Assembly: GCA_042408215.1 (NCBI GenBank) | Contig: JAYFMW010000019.1 | Location: 60,313-124,312, forward strand | Direction of reading: 5' to 3' | Source: Microcoleus sp. | GTDB lineage: Bacteria; Cyanobacteriota; Cyanobacteriia; Cyanobacteriales; Microcoleaceae | DNA length: 64,000 nt | In this document: positions 20,607 to 34,068 of the stretch, one piece after another | Position numbering within the stretch: the stretch's first letter is position 1 | Layout of the letters: every line of letters starts with the position of its first letter | The notes under the pieces: generated by a model | Databases searched by the model: none | What the model was told of the DNA's origin: nothing | What the model saw: the letters and a program-made list of their open reading frames with translations, nothing else | Program-made: the position numbers and the translations under genes

Positions 20607-21685
20607 CCATTAGTATTTCTTTTTACAGAGCATTATTTTACACTTTATCTGGCATAGTATCAGCTATCATTGGCTGGTTTTTAAGCCAAATATTGCTAAT
20701 TGATTTAGGTCAATTCTTTATCAAAGATGCTCTTCTCTTTAACCCTGATTTTATTTTGCTTCCGATTGTGGGAGCTTGCCTAGCTGTGGCAATGGTAGTG
20801 ACAGAAATTTTCCTCAGTAACCCCACTCGTTATCGTGCTAATAGGCGAGTTTTACCTCCCTACTTTTGGGGAGCATTAGCGACTGGAGCCGTTGCAGGTC
20901 TAATATCCGCCGTTTGCACTTCGCTCCTGTATGCTACAGGGACTCCTAGTGGAATTGTCAGAGTAGCAACTTGGAGTTTAGTTGGGTTTTTCACAGGTTT
21001 GGGTGAGAGTCTCAGTTGGCGACTGCGTAGTATTGAAGCCTCAAGCAGTCTGGCGAATCAACGGATCAAAAAAGCTATTTTATTTGGATTAGGAGCAGGT
21101 TTTGGGGCTGCGGTTTTAGTTGAGATATTTCGCAGTGATATTCAACTAGGTGGCTATGAAGATCCGGCTGGTTTTCTCGTATTGGGACTGATGTTAGGTC
21201 TTTCCCTTAGTTTTGCCACTGCTCCGACTTACCAAGTAGCTTTGAGAGCAGGTAAAGGATTTGAGCCACCGCCATCTCAGGCACTTATTGTTGGCAAATC
21301 TCTCCCCGAATTAAGAAACAGTTTGAGGTTTGTTACTACTAAATCACGCTCTGCATTGATTGAAGAAGGTTTATCAATTAAACTACCTTCTCAAACGACC
21401 TCTCCCATCATTATTGGTTCTGGAGATAGGGTAGACATTTATATTCCCAATATTCCCGAAGAGTGCGCGGGTTTAGAAGTGAAAAATCGTCAAGTGACGC
21501 TTACTTGTTGGGTTCATAAGCAAGTCAAAATTCAGAATCGTCGGATGAATCTGGGCGATCAAGAAACCTTAATCCATAATCAGATTATCACTTTTTACCA
21601 TGAAAATCGACAACCTAATGCAGAAGAAGACAGTCAACTTTATCGCTTTGTTTTCTATGACAGATTCCTCGATCCGCAGGCTTAA
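20603..21685 (+). CDS. Operon gene 7: multi-pass membrane protein with a C-terminal FHA-like beta domain
   Basis: ATGA overlap with gene 6; about six Gly-rich hydrophobic segments, then IIIGSGDRVDIYIP...LIHNQIITF. FHA phosphothreonine-binding residues look degenerate. Confidence 0.8.
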   Translation: MTISISFYRALFYTLSGIVSAIIGWFLSQILLIDLGQFFIKDALLFNPDFILLPIVGACLAVAMVVTEIFLSNPTRYRANRRVLPPYFWGALATGAVAGLISAVCTSLLYATGTPSGIVRVATWSLVGFFTGLGESLSWRLRSIEASSSLANQRIKKAILFGLGAGFGAAVLVEIFRSDIQLGGYEDPAGFLVLGLMLGLSLSFATAPTYQVALRAGKGFEPPPSQALIVGKSLPELRNSLRFVTTKSRSALIEEGLSIKLPSQTTSPIIIGSGDRVDIYIPNIPEECAGLEVKNRQVTLTCWVHKQVKIQNRRMNLGDQETLIHNQIITFYHENRQPNAEEDSQLYRFVFYDRFLDPQA

Positions 21686-22956
21686 TAAAATTGCCATTAT
21701 ATTTTTGATGGCATTATGGTCGCAACCTGTTTTAGCGAGTTCAGTAGAGATTGTGCGTTGGAGTACCCAATGTGATAATGTCAAGTTGAGAGTTAAAGCG
21801 GTTGATGATAGTAATGTTCCCATTCAAGGCTTGAAAGCTAAGGATTTTCAGTTTAAAACAACCAACGCACAGGGACAGCAAATTACATTAAAACCATCTC
21901 AAATTAATTTTATTCCTTCACAACAATCCCAACCAGATCCTGCTTATCTGGTGATGCTTTTAGACATGAGCGGGAGCATGAAAAATCAAGATTTAGCGGG
22001 GAAAAAGAAACAGGAAGAAGCCGTTAAGGCAGTTCGAGAGGTGATTCGCGATATCAGGGCAGAAAAGATGCCCGTGCAAATTGCTCTAATTCCCTTTGGC
22101 GAAGCTGGAAAATATTGTAAACAGGGTTTTAAAGTTGATGCTGATGAAATCTCTCGCAGGTTAGTCAAAGTCACAGATAATCAGTTAGATGAACAGCTAA
22201 ATACTTTAGCTGCCATTGAGGTATGTGCGGCTACGATAATTTATGAACCTTTAGCAGAAACCGTTAAGTTTTTAGGGGAAAGCAATTTTCCATCGCCCAC
22301 GAAGGATATGATGGGACAACCATTGCCTCCAAGATTCGCTGTTATTCTGCTTTCTGATGGCTATGATGTTTCAAGAAGTAATGAAAAAGAGCGGTTTCAA
22401 AACTTAATTGAGGTACTGCACCAATATCCCCAAGTAACAGTTCATGCAATGGGATATGGAGAAAAATTGCGGCAATTGCGCGATCGATCGAATTGTTCTT
22501 TAAGTGACAGTCAACTGACAGTTGATAATATCAGTGCTGTTTGCCGACTGCCAGGAAAAGATATCAATGAATTTATCGTTGATGAAAGCCGTCTCAATGA
22601 GATTGCCCAAGCCACAGGGGGAATTTACCGACTTCCAGGGAAATGCTCAGGAAGTTGTAGAAACCTTAAGGACATTTTTAACCACATTACGCGAATATGA
22701 AATTACCTATCGACAACCAGGGAGCGATCGCGCTTCACTGCATCAAACGACAGTAGGAGTGATGGCTCCATCTCGACAGCTTGATCTTACTGCTGAAGCC
22801 AAGCCAATTCGGATGTCTAATTTTAATTATTGTCCTCTGCCTCTGCCCAATCGTTTCGGTATTCTTGTTTTCACGTTAATTGGGGGTTTATTCGGTTTAA
22901 AGTTCTTTATAACCTGGAGTAAAAACCTAAAAGAGCAAGCAGAAACAACTTTGTAA
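21657..22956 (+). CDS. Operon gene 8: exported vWA (MIDAS) protein with a C-terminal TM anchor (apparent +1 frameshift near 22642)
   Basis: Signal peptide MTDSSIRRLNKIAIIFLMALWSQPVLA; DMSGS, LLSDG, IAQATGGIY. Removing one A from GGGAAATGC joins it to NAQEVVETL...YEITY...GILVFTLIGGLFGL. Confidence 0.82.
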
Positions 22957-22987
22957 AATATCATCAAATCAAGGAAACAGATCAACC

Positions 22988-23439
22988 ATGCCTAGAATAT
23001 ACTTTGATTGTCGAAATGCCCAATGCTGGGAATATCGCCAGATAAGGATACACCCTCAATCTACCCAGTGGGGCTTTTGTGGATTGCTCCGGGGGACTAT
23101 TTTAGGAAGCCGGAAAATCGCGCCAAGCTGAAGACTGATATAGAAACTCAATCTGCACGACAAGTGAGCGAAGCAGACTTAGACTTCTTTATTAAAGAAT
23201 GGTGTCGTGACATTAAACAGGGGTTGAATCCGACTACAGTGCGCCGAGACTTACCCCCCATAGGAATTGCTACACCAACATCTACCCCATCCCCAACTCG
23301 GACTTCCGTACCTGGTGGCTATGATACTAGAGAAAATGGAGGAAATTCTACGGGTGGTAATTCTCACAATCCCCCTCCGAAACCCCCCAATCCACCTCAA
23401 ACTGAAACACGATCAACTAACAATCAAGCTGATTTTTAA
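22988..23439 (+). CDS. Operon gene 9: small protein with a Pro/Thr/Asn-rich tail; 5' reading frame uncertain
   Basis: ATG 22988 (MPRIYFDCRNAQCWEY) is out of frame with ORF 23008..23439, so one or two indels are likely. Confidence 0.55.
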
Positions 23440-23454
23440 CAGAGGTCAAAAACA

Positions 23455-25086
23455 ATGGAACTACCTTACGATAAATGTCAACGCGAACTTCAAGAACTCT
23501 TGCAGGCTCAATATCCCCTAATCTTCTTACGTTCCCCCGAAGAAAGTCGGGCAATTAACTGCGCGATCGCGGCTCATCGTTCTCTATCTAATGGTAATAA
23601 CATTGAAGGAGAACTAGCACGATGGAGCAGTATTGATGGATTCCAAAAGTTAGCAACAGAAAACAATTGGCAAAGCACAGGTTCTATCCCAGAACCCAAA
23701 GACGATCCCATCATTCATGCCCTCAATTTCTTACAGAAAAGATTACAAGATCAATCTGGCAAAAATCCACAGCAACAATACACCTATATTCTCCCCGATT
23801 GGTCAACCTTAATTGCACCAGATTGTCATCTTACTTCCCGAAAACTCAAAGAATTAGTCATTGCCATTGAACAAAAACGCCCCCGTCCCCGGATGAGTTT
23901 AATCGTTGTCGGTTCCGATTGGTCAATCCCACCGATTCTCCGCAACTGTGTACATATTTTAGACTTACCTTTGCCCATTGGCGAAGAACTCTATAATAAC
24001 GTTTTCCAAAATGCCGTTAGCAAATATGCCTTGCCTGATGACGAAGCTAAACGATTATCAGAACAAGCACAAGGAATGCCATTACAAGCCGCAGGCCAAA
24101 CAGCGCGATTAATTACCACTAGAAATCTTTGGTCAAACCCCCAAGAAGCAGGTCAATTACTTTTAGAAGTGAAAAAACAAGAAATTAGAAAAACAGGAGT
24201 ATTAGAATATTTTGCACCACAAGGTCAAGGGTTACAAGAAGTTGGCGGTTTAGAAAATGTCAAAAAATGGATTGAACGTCGCCGACAATGGTTTGAGCAA
24301 GATACTAAACCCGAAATGCTCCCGCGTGCTATTCTCTTAGAAGGATACCCCGGATGTGGTAAAACATTTATTGCCAGAGCGATCGCGCAAGAATGGCGTG
24401 TCCCTCAAATTAACTTTGAAATTTCTCGCTTGCAATCAAAATGGGTAGGTGAATCAGAAAGTAATACCTTTCAAGCATTAAGAGCGATCGAAGCTTCAGC
24501 CCCTAACATCCTATTTATGGATGAAATAGAGAAAGCATTTGCCGGAGTAGGTGGTGATAGTTCTGGAGTTAGTACCCGACAATTCGGCACATTTCTCTCC
24601 TGGTTAAATGACCATAACTATCCTATTTTTTTCATTGCCACTTCTAATAATAGAGAATCCCTTCCACCTGAATTATTCCGGGCTGGCAGATTTGATGAAA
24701 TTTTCATTGTTATGCCCCCAAACACCCAGGAACGTTGGGAAATAATTCAAAAACGCGCCCAAGCTTACAAGCTTCCACCGATTTCTGAGTCGATGCTCAA
24801 CTTTTTAGTAGAAAAAACCATCGGGTTTTCAGGGGCTGAAATTGATAAGCTAGTGAAAGAGACGATTTATTTAGCAGATTATGGAAACATCCCAGCAGAA
24901 TATCACTGGCAAAAAGCCCTTAATCAAATTAAACCTCAATACCGTACACCCAAAATGCAAAAGCTTTTAAAGAAATATCTAGAGTCGTTGAAGAAAGGCG
25001 ATGGTAAAGCGGCATCAGCGGAAGAACCTGGTTTTTGGAAGAGTTTAGAAGTGCTGTCTGCCACTCAGCAAACTAATGAAACCTGA
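23455..25086 (+). CDS. Operon gene 10: Ycf46-like AAA+ ATPase
   Basis: N-terminal YPLIFLRSPEESRA, VGGLENVKKW, Walker A GYPGCGKT, Walker B ILFMDEIEKAF, SRH LPPELFRAGRFDE, GFSGAEI. Confidence 0.92.
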   Translation: MELPYDKCQRELQELLQAQYPLIFLRSPEESRAINCAIAAHRSLSNGNNIEGELARWSSIDGFQKLATENNWQSTGSIPEPKDDPIIHALNFLQKRLQDQSGKNPQQQYTYILPDWSTLIAPDCHLTSRKLKELVIAIEQKRPRPRMSLIVVGSDWSIPPILRNCVHILDLPLPIGEELYNNVFQNAVSKYALPDDEAKRLSEQAQGMPLQAAGQTARLITTRNLWSNPQEAGQLLLEVKKQEIRKTGVLEYFAPQGQGLQEVGGLENVKKWIERRRQWFEQDTKPEMLPRAILLEGYPGCGKTFIARAIAQEWRVPQINFEISRLQSKWVGESESNTFQALRAIEASAPNILFMDEIEKAFAGVGGDSSGVSTRQFGTFLSWLNDHNYPIFFIATSNNRESLPPELFRAGRFDEIFIVMPPNTQERWEIIQKRAQAYKLPPISESMLNFLVEKTIGFSGAEIDKLVKETIYLADYGNIPAEYHWQKALNQIKPQYRTPKMQKLLKKYLESLKKGDGKAASAEEPGFWKSLEVLSATQQTNET

Positions 25087-25099
25087 AATTATTGACTCA

Positions 25100-25156
25100 G
25101 CCGATCGCATGGCTGCGAGGCTCAGAGCAATGGGCATCGATCCAGACAAACTGTAA
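25100..25156 (+). pseudogene. C-terminal remnant of a Uma2-type gene
   Basis: ADRMAARLRAMGIDPDKL-stop parallels ANRLADRLRGMGINPDEL-stop at the end of the 649..1542 gene. Confidence 0.75.
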
Positions 25157-25287
25157 AATTTAGAAGTGCGATCGCCCGCCATGCAAAATCCCGGAGCTTT
25201 GGTGACTGTAAAAGCAGCCATCAAACCCCCAGGATTTCTAATTTTCCTCTGTAACCGAGGTTCAAATAATCGCAAGCAAGCCTTAAC

Positions 25288-26004
25288 TTACTCAGCCGTA
25301 GCCAATTCCGTACTGCCACCACCACGCTTCCGCGTCAGGGTATTGAATAGCATTTGACCAACAGCTTTAATCAAATTGCCTTCTAACTCCATGAACATCT
25401 TCATGTTCATGCCAAAAGCTTCATTAGCTTCATCAACAATTCGCTCTGCTGTGGCTTCGTCAATTGGCAGTTCATTCATTGCCTGACGGTAGTTAGTCTT
25501 GAACTCTTTTGGATCGGGAATATCCTCGAATTCATAGAAAGCAGTACCTTCTCCCTCGGTAAGATTCATCCCCCGTTGAGCAATCCCCTTGAGGATTTGT
25601 CCGCCGGATAAATCACCGAGATAACGAGTGTAAGAATGAGCAACTAATAGTTCCGGTGCTGATGCGGAGATTTCATGAATGCGCTGCACGTAGGCTTTGG
25701 CTGCGGCTGACGGAGCTACTTGTTCCCGCCAATTTGCCCCGTGATAGTACAGCAAATCTTGCTCTAAGGTTTGCTTCCGATTCAACTGGGAAAAGTAAAT
25801 TTTTGAAACAACTGGATGCTGTTTTTGGCGTTCCATTTCCTCTTCGATTGCCGAGTAGACAAAGTAGAGGTTTGCTACTAATTTCCGGTAAGATGTCTTT
25901 TCTACAACGCCTTTTAAAAAGCACTTGACAAAACCGACATTTTCTGCCATTGTGTGAGATTTTTTGGTTCCCTCACGCAATTTGGTCGCTAAATTGATGC
26001 TCAT
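25288..26004 (-). CDS. ho1: Heme oxygenase (biliverdin-producing)
   Basis: LATKLREGTKKSHTMAEN, AHSYTRYLGDLSGGQ. Confidence 0.97.
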   Translation of the reverse strand: MSINLATKLREGTKKSHTMAENVGFVKCFLKGVVEKTSYRKLVANLYFVYSAIEEEMERQKQHPVVSKIYFSQLNRKQTLEQDLLYYHGANWREQVAPSAAAKAYVQRIHEISASAPELLVAHSYTRYLGDLSGGQILKGIAQRGMNLTEGEGTAFYEFEDIPDPKEFKTNYRQAMNELPIDEATAERIVDEANEAFGMNMKMFMELEGNLIKAVGQMLFNTLTRKRGGGSTELATAE

Positions 26005-26172
26005 AGTATATCGTCCAACTTTCTATTTTTGTGGTAGTTGATGGATGCGCCAACAGTCTTAAAAATACCTAAGTTATTACCTTAGACTGATTTAATGAGA
26101 GATTGTATTAATTTTTATAACAAAACCTCGACTCGGCAGAAGGCATCCGAAGGTAGAAGGCACAAACAGTTT

Positions 26173-26225
26173 AGTCAGTAGTCAGAAGTCATTAGTTGTT
26201 AGCTAATGACTTCTGACTACTGACT
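26173..26225. terminator. Perfect 23-bp inverted repeat built from heptamer repeats downstream of gyrB
   Basis: AGTCAGTAGTCAGAAGTCATTAG-ttgttag-CTAATGACTTCTGACTACTGACT; terminator or stabiliser role inferred. Confidence 0.65.
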
Positions 26226-26242
26226 ACTGACTTCTGACTAAC

Positions 26243-29512
<3,270 letters not shown>

Positions 29513-29639
29513 CTAAAGCCCCAAAAGCTTCTAAAATGGGAAAACTTCTAAAATCATAGCACAAAACCGTCAAGGGCGATGCTAGGGCATTCTGAAGGGA
29601 AATTTATCAGGGGGATGGATGGCTTGGAGAAGGAAGAAC

Positions 29640-29702
29640 GAAGAAGGAAGAAGGAAGAAGGAAGAAGGAAGTAAGCTATGGAAGAAGGAAGAAGGAAGAA
29701 GA
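29640..29702. repeat. Heptamer repeat (GAAGAAG)n between gyrB and miaA
   Basis: Two runs of GAAGAAG read directly. Confidence 0.9.
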
Positions 29703-29781
29703 AATAAGGAAGAGGGGAAATTCAATAAAATCAATGGTTTCAGCAATTGAAAACGTCCGGCTGCACCGAGAAGGTTGCTAT

Positions 29782-30687
29782 ATGTCTAAATTAATTACGA
29801 TTTGTGGTGCGACGGCGACGGGGAAGTCGGGAGTGGCTGTGGCTGTGGCTTCGCGGTTGCGATCGCCCATTTTGAGTGCCGACTCCCGTCAAGTATACCG
29901 CGAGTTTGACATCGGGACGGCAAAACCCACAAAGGTCGATCGCACTTTGGTACCGCATCACTTGATTGACATCTGCGAGCCGACAGAAACCCTGACTGTC
30001 GCAGATTACCAACAGCAAGCTCAAAATTTAATTGCTGCTGTTGATTCTCCTCTGTGTCCTCCTCTGTTGTTGGTGGGAGGGACTGGTTTGTATATTAAGT
30101 CGATCGTGCGCGGTTTGAAAATTCCGAGGGTAGCATCAATGCCAGAATTGCGATCGCAACTTACCGAACTCGGTCAACATCAATGTTACCAGATGCTACA
30201 GCAAGTCGATCCATCTGCCGCTCAGAAAATTCACCTCAACGACCCAGTAAGAACTTTAAGAGCACTGGAAGTATTTTATGTGACTGGGCGCTCTATTTCC
30301 GAACAGCAGGGCGAAAATCCTCCCAGTTATCCTATTTTACAAATTGGCTTGGATTGCGATATGGAAGTTTTAGTCGATCGCATCAAACAGCGCACTGAAC
30401 AAATGTTAGAATCCGGTTGGTTGACTGAAGTTGAATATTTGTGTCAAAAATACGGCTGCGATTTGCCACTATTGAATACGCTGGGATACCAGGAAATGAA
30501 ACAATATTTGGCGGGTGACATTAAGCTTGAAGAAGCTAAAAAATTAACGGTTTTGCATACACGACAATTTGCGAAGCGTCAGCGGACTTGGTTTAAAGCT
30601 TATTCGGAAATTGAATGGTTTGATGTTAGCACGCCGGATTTGTGCGATCGGGTTTGGCGGAGAGTTGCAGAGTTTTGCGAACAATAA
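29782..30687 (+). CDS. miaA: tRNA dimethylallyltransferase
   Basis: GATATGKS, SADSRQVY, DIGTAKP, VGGTGLY, TRQFAKRQRTWF. Confidence 0.97.
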   Translation: MSKLITICGATATGKSGVAVAVASRLRSPILSADSRQVYREFDIGTAKPTKVDRTLVPHHLIDICEPTETLTVADYQQQAQNLIAAVDSPLCPPLLLVGGTGLYIKSIVRGLKIPRVASMPELRSQLTELGQHQCYQMLQQVDPSAAQKIHLNDPVRTLRALEVFYVTGRSISEQQGENPPSYPILQIGLDCDMEVLVDRIKQRTEQMLESGWLTEVEYLCQKYGCDLPLLNTLGYQEMKQYLAGDIKLEEAKKLTVLHTRQFAKRQRTWFKAYSEIEWFDVSTPDLCDRVWRRVAEFCEQ

Positions 30688-30749
30688 GGATTTTTTTTAC
30701 CGCAGAGGGCGCAGAGGACGCAGAGAAGGAGTAAGGAGAGATGTAAGTA

Positions 30750-31409
30750 TTATTTTTGATTTGGCAACAATTCTCTAATTCTTTGCCGAAATAAACGCAC
30801 AGCCGAACGCTGTCCGATAGTTCTGCTTTGTTCGATGAAACCGGGAATTTCGGCAACTGGTAACAAGGGGAAAGCTAAACTGCGATCGCACATTTCATAT
30901 TTTCCCTCTACCAGGTGATCAACTTGCAGAGATTGCCGTTGATATCTCCAAAGTTCGGGAACGCCAAGAGCAGCATATATTGAATCTTTATTAACAGAAG
31001 AATTCGTGTAATCGGATTCTAGCACCAAGTCAGGCGGCGGGTCATTTGGCAAATTGATATTTCGACCTCTAACTAGAGACTCATTTTGAATGTAGAAACA
31101 GGAATCAGGTTCTACAGCACGAGTTAGCTCTTCCCGTTCGAGAGTCAGCGAACCGAGACTCCTAAGTTCTATTTCCAGTTCATCTACAATAGCTTCCACA
31201 AAGCTTTCTATCAGTCGTTTGGGTTCTTCGTGTTCTTCCAGTGGCATCCTGATTTCTAATACTCCTCTATCGTAAGCAATTCTCCAAGCTCTATCGTCCC
31301 CAACATCTGCGAGCAATGCCTTAAAAGTTGACCAACTGACACCTTTTAAAATAACTCGGTTTTCTGGGGTAATTCGCTGCTCGACGGGAGTTGATGTTGT
31401 TGTTACCAT
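30750..31409 (-). CDS. Uma2 family endonuclease-like protein
   Basis: VSWSTFKALL, YDRGVLEI, EPDSCFYIQN, PPDLVLE, YAALGVPELW. Confidence 0.92.
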   Translation of the reverse strand: MVTTTSTPVEQRITPENRVILKGVSWSTFKALLADVGDDRAWRIAYDRGVLEIRMPLEEHEEPKRLIESFVEAIVDELEIELRSLGSLTLEREELTRAVEPDSCFYIQNESLVRGRNINLPNDPPPDLVLESDYTNSSVNKDSIYAALGVPELWRYQRQSLQVDHLVEGKYEMCDRSLAFPLLPVAEIPGFIEQSRTIGQRSAVRLFRQRIRELLPNQK

Positions 31410-31670
31410 TTAACAATTCCTTGGTAGCTTCATCAATTTTTATTGTAGTCGATCGACTGCAAATTTAAGGTAAAATTTACAAACATAGTGCAGATATCGG
31501 GTAGGGACACGGCAGTGCCGTGTCCTGTATTTCATTTTCCTGAAGCGAACAAAAAAGATTTTTTAATTAACCGCAGAGAACGCAGAGGGCGCAGAGAAAG
31601 AGAAAAGAGAGAAATTAATAATTTGAGAAGCCGAAAAGCCTGTTCCTCAAATTACATCTCACGTTCTTAA

Positions 31671-32654
31671 TTAACTGTACAAACTCGCGACATATTCCCC
31701 GTAGCCGTTATAGGGCAAAGTCTCGCGACTTTCCCAGGACCAACTGTTACCGGGCCCCACTATTCTTTCGCTGGCTTGCGACCATCGCGGGTGCGGTTTG
31801 TCGGGATTGACATTTGCCTCGAAACCGTATTCGTTCGGGCCGATTTTATTCCAAAAAGTCGCGGGCTGTTTCTCGACAAATTCAATTTTGACAATGGATT
31901 TTGCACCCTTAAAACCGTACTTCCAAGGAATTACTTGCCGCAGTGGCGCGCCATTTTGTTTGGGTAGTTTTCTGCCGTACAAACCTGTTGCAAAAAAGGC
32001 TAAATCGTTCGCCATTTCTTCAATTCGCATACCTTCCGTATATGGCCAAGGATAGAATTGGGACATCAAACCGGGGCCGGGAGTAATCTTGGAGTCGTAA
32101 AAAGATGTGAAACGAACAAATTTAGCATTAGATTTTGGTTCGACATCAGCCATCAGCAATTTCATCGGAAATCCCACCCAAGGAACTACCATCGCCCAGG
32201 CTTCTACGCAGCGAAATCGATAGACTCGTTCTTCGATGGGGAATTTTTTTGAGAGTTGGTCAATATCGTAAATGCGGGGATTTTTTACTAAACCGCTAAC
32301 TTCTACTTTCCAGTTTTCGGTTGGCATTGCTTGGGCTGCTTCCCAAATAGATTTTGTGCCTCCGTATTCATAAAAGTTATTGTATTTTGTAGCTAGGGCT
32401 TCGTCTGTAATCTCTCGATCGACTTTAGCGAAGGCGGGATTGCGGGTTAAGCCGGAATATGCTTGAGTTGCGGTTTGTTTCAAAGCTTCGTTTGATTCAG
32501 AATTGCTCTTACAGCCCGCAAGTGGGAGGAGTGAAGCGCTGACACCGGCACCGATTAAATTGGTCATAAAGCGGCGACGGTTGAGAAAGACTGTTTCTGG
32601 GGTAATTTGTCGATCGAGAATTTCCCAAGATTTGGGGACGCGAATTAGTGGCAT
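31671..32654 (-). CDS. msrP: Protein-methionine-sulfoxide reductase catalytic subunit
   Basis: Tat motif NRRRF, YNNFYEYG, YRFRCVEAW, PWKYGFKGAKSIVKI, HPRWSQASE. Confidence 0.96.
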   Translation of the reverse strand: MPLIRVPKSWEILDRQITPETVFLNRRRFMTNLIGAGVSASLLPLAGCKSNSESNEALKQTATQAYSGLTRNPAFAKVDREITDEALATKYNNFYEYGGTKSIWEAAQAMPTENWKVEVSGLVKNPRIYDIDQLSKKFPIEERVYRFRCVEAWAMVVPWVGFPMKLLMADVEPKSNAKFVRFTSFYDSKITPGPGLMSQFYPWPYTEGMRIEEMANDLAFFATGLYGRKLPKQNGAPLRQVIPWKYGFKGAKSIVKIEFVEKQPATFWNKIGPNEYGFEANVNPDKPHPRWSQASERIVGPGNSWSWESRETLPYNGYGEYVASLYS

Positions 32655-32765
32655 ACTTAATAGTTAGAAGTTAGTAGTTAGTGGTTCGAGAATATTGAAC
32701 AAGTTATCAAACAGTCCGCAGCGATCGCAACGCAGTGGAGTTGATATTTCGGAATGAATGACAGT

Positions 32766-34068
32766 TTGACATCCACCCCGCGCTCTCTGCGACGGGGATT
32801 CCTAAGACTCACGACTTAGGTTTCTGTTTCATAGCACCAGCCTTAACAGATTTACTCTGTTCGGGTCTTACAGTCGCTCCACAGACATTAACCGCAAGCC
32901 CTGCGGCCAGAATATTTTTAGCAGCATTTACATCTCTATCGTGATGTGTACCGCACTCTGGACAATCCCACTCTCTGATATTTAAAGGCAACTTATCCAC
33001 GATATGTCCACAATGTCCACACCTTTTAGAGCTAGGGAACCATCGGTCAATTTTGACGAAAGTACGACCATACCAGTTGCACTTATATTCAAGTTGCCTG
33101 ACAGTTTCACCCCAAGCAGCATCACTAATTGAGAGAGCGAGTTTTCTGTTTTTGACCAGATTCTTCACCGACAAATCCTCGACGGCAATCCCTTGGTTTT
33201 CACGAACCAATCGAGTTGTCAATTTGTGAATAAAATCATTGCGTGCGTCGCTAATTTCAGCATAAACTTGAGCGACTTTCAACCTTGCTTTATGGCGATT
33301 GTTAGATCCTTTTTTCTTGCGACTAAGCGCTTTTTGAACTTGACGCAACTTACGGCGCTTAGCCTTGAATGTTTTAGGATTAGCAATCTTTTCGCCATTA
33401 CTCAAAGCCATCAAGCTAGTAATACCTAAATCTAGACCAATTTGATTAGGAGATTCAGGCAATATTGCAATCTCAACATCTACCAACAAAGAGACTGTCC
33501 ACCGTCCAGAGGGCGAGAGCTTCACCGTAATGGTTGATATTTGGGCACCTTCTGGAAGTTCACGGCTCCATCGGATTTCCAATGGTTGAGAACATTTTGC
33601 TAAATAGACTTTGCTATCTTTCCATCTGAAAGCAGCTTGAGTGAATTCAGCATTGCCGCCGTGATGCTTTTTCTTAAAGTTAGGGTATTTTGCCCGTCCT
33701 GCAAAGAAATTAGTAAAAGCTTTTTGTAAATGCCTCAAACCTTGTTGTAATGGCACACTGCTAACTTCATTAAGAAACCGCAAGTCTTCTTGTTTTTTCC
33801 AACTGGTTAGCATTGTTGAAGTTTCAGAGTATCCGACTTGCTCTTTTCGTTCATACCATGCCTCAGTCCTTGCGGCTAATGCACGATTATAGACTAATCG
33901 AGCGCAACCCATCGTCCGTCTCAGCAAGGTTTCTTGCTCAGGCGTTGGATAGAATCGGTACTTAAAAGCTTTTTGTGTCATGCTTACATTATATCAGATA
34001 TTCTGTAAAGTATTTAATTAATATAAAGCCGTCCTAGAAGGACGGGGTTTTAAACCCATTTCTCTGAT
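32766..34068 (-). mobile_element. tnpB-only IS200/IS605-family element
   Basis: Left-end hairpin CCGTCC-TAGAA-GGACGG near 34029-34045; right-end hairpin near 32776-32797 ending at TCAA (minus strand, 32766); no tnpA. Confidence 0.85.
32809..33981 (-). CDS. tnpB: RNA-guided endonuclease TnpB
   Basis: KAFKYRFYPT HTH; RuvC GLDLG, VEDL, DRDVNAA all intact; Zn finger CGHC/CPEC. Confidence 0.96.
   Translation of the reverse strand: MTQKAFKYRFYPTPEQETLLRRTMGCARLVYNRALAARTEAWYERKEQVGYSETSTMLTSWKKQEDLRFLNEVSSVPLQQGLRHLQKAFTNFFAGRAKYPNFKKKHHGGNAEFTQAAFRWKDSKVYLAKCSQPLEIRWSRELPEGAQISTITVKLSPSGRWTVSLLVDVEIAILPESPNQIGLDLGITSLMALSNGEKIANPKTFKAKRRKLRQVQKALSRKKKGSNNRHKARLKVAQVYAEISDARNDFIHKLTTRLVRENQGIAVEDLSVKNLVKNRKLALSISDAAWGETVRQLEYKCNWYGRTFVKIDRWFPSSKRCGHCGHIVDKLPLNIREWDCPECGTHHDRDVNAAKNILAAGLAVNVCGATVRPEQSKSVKAGAMKQKPKS

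Noticed and set aside
18538..22645. Programmed ribosomal frameshifting in operon genes 6 and 8
   Set aside because: No convincing slippery heptamer with downstream structure, and the same +1 pattern recurs in unrelated genes.
32809..33981. Cas12f/Cas12k effector
   Set aside because: It has IS200/IS605 end hairpins and no CRISPR array or tns genes.
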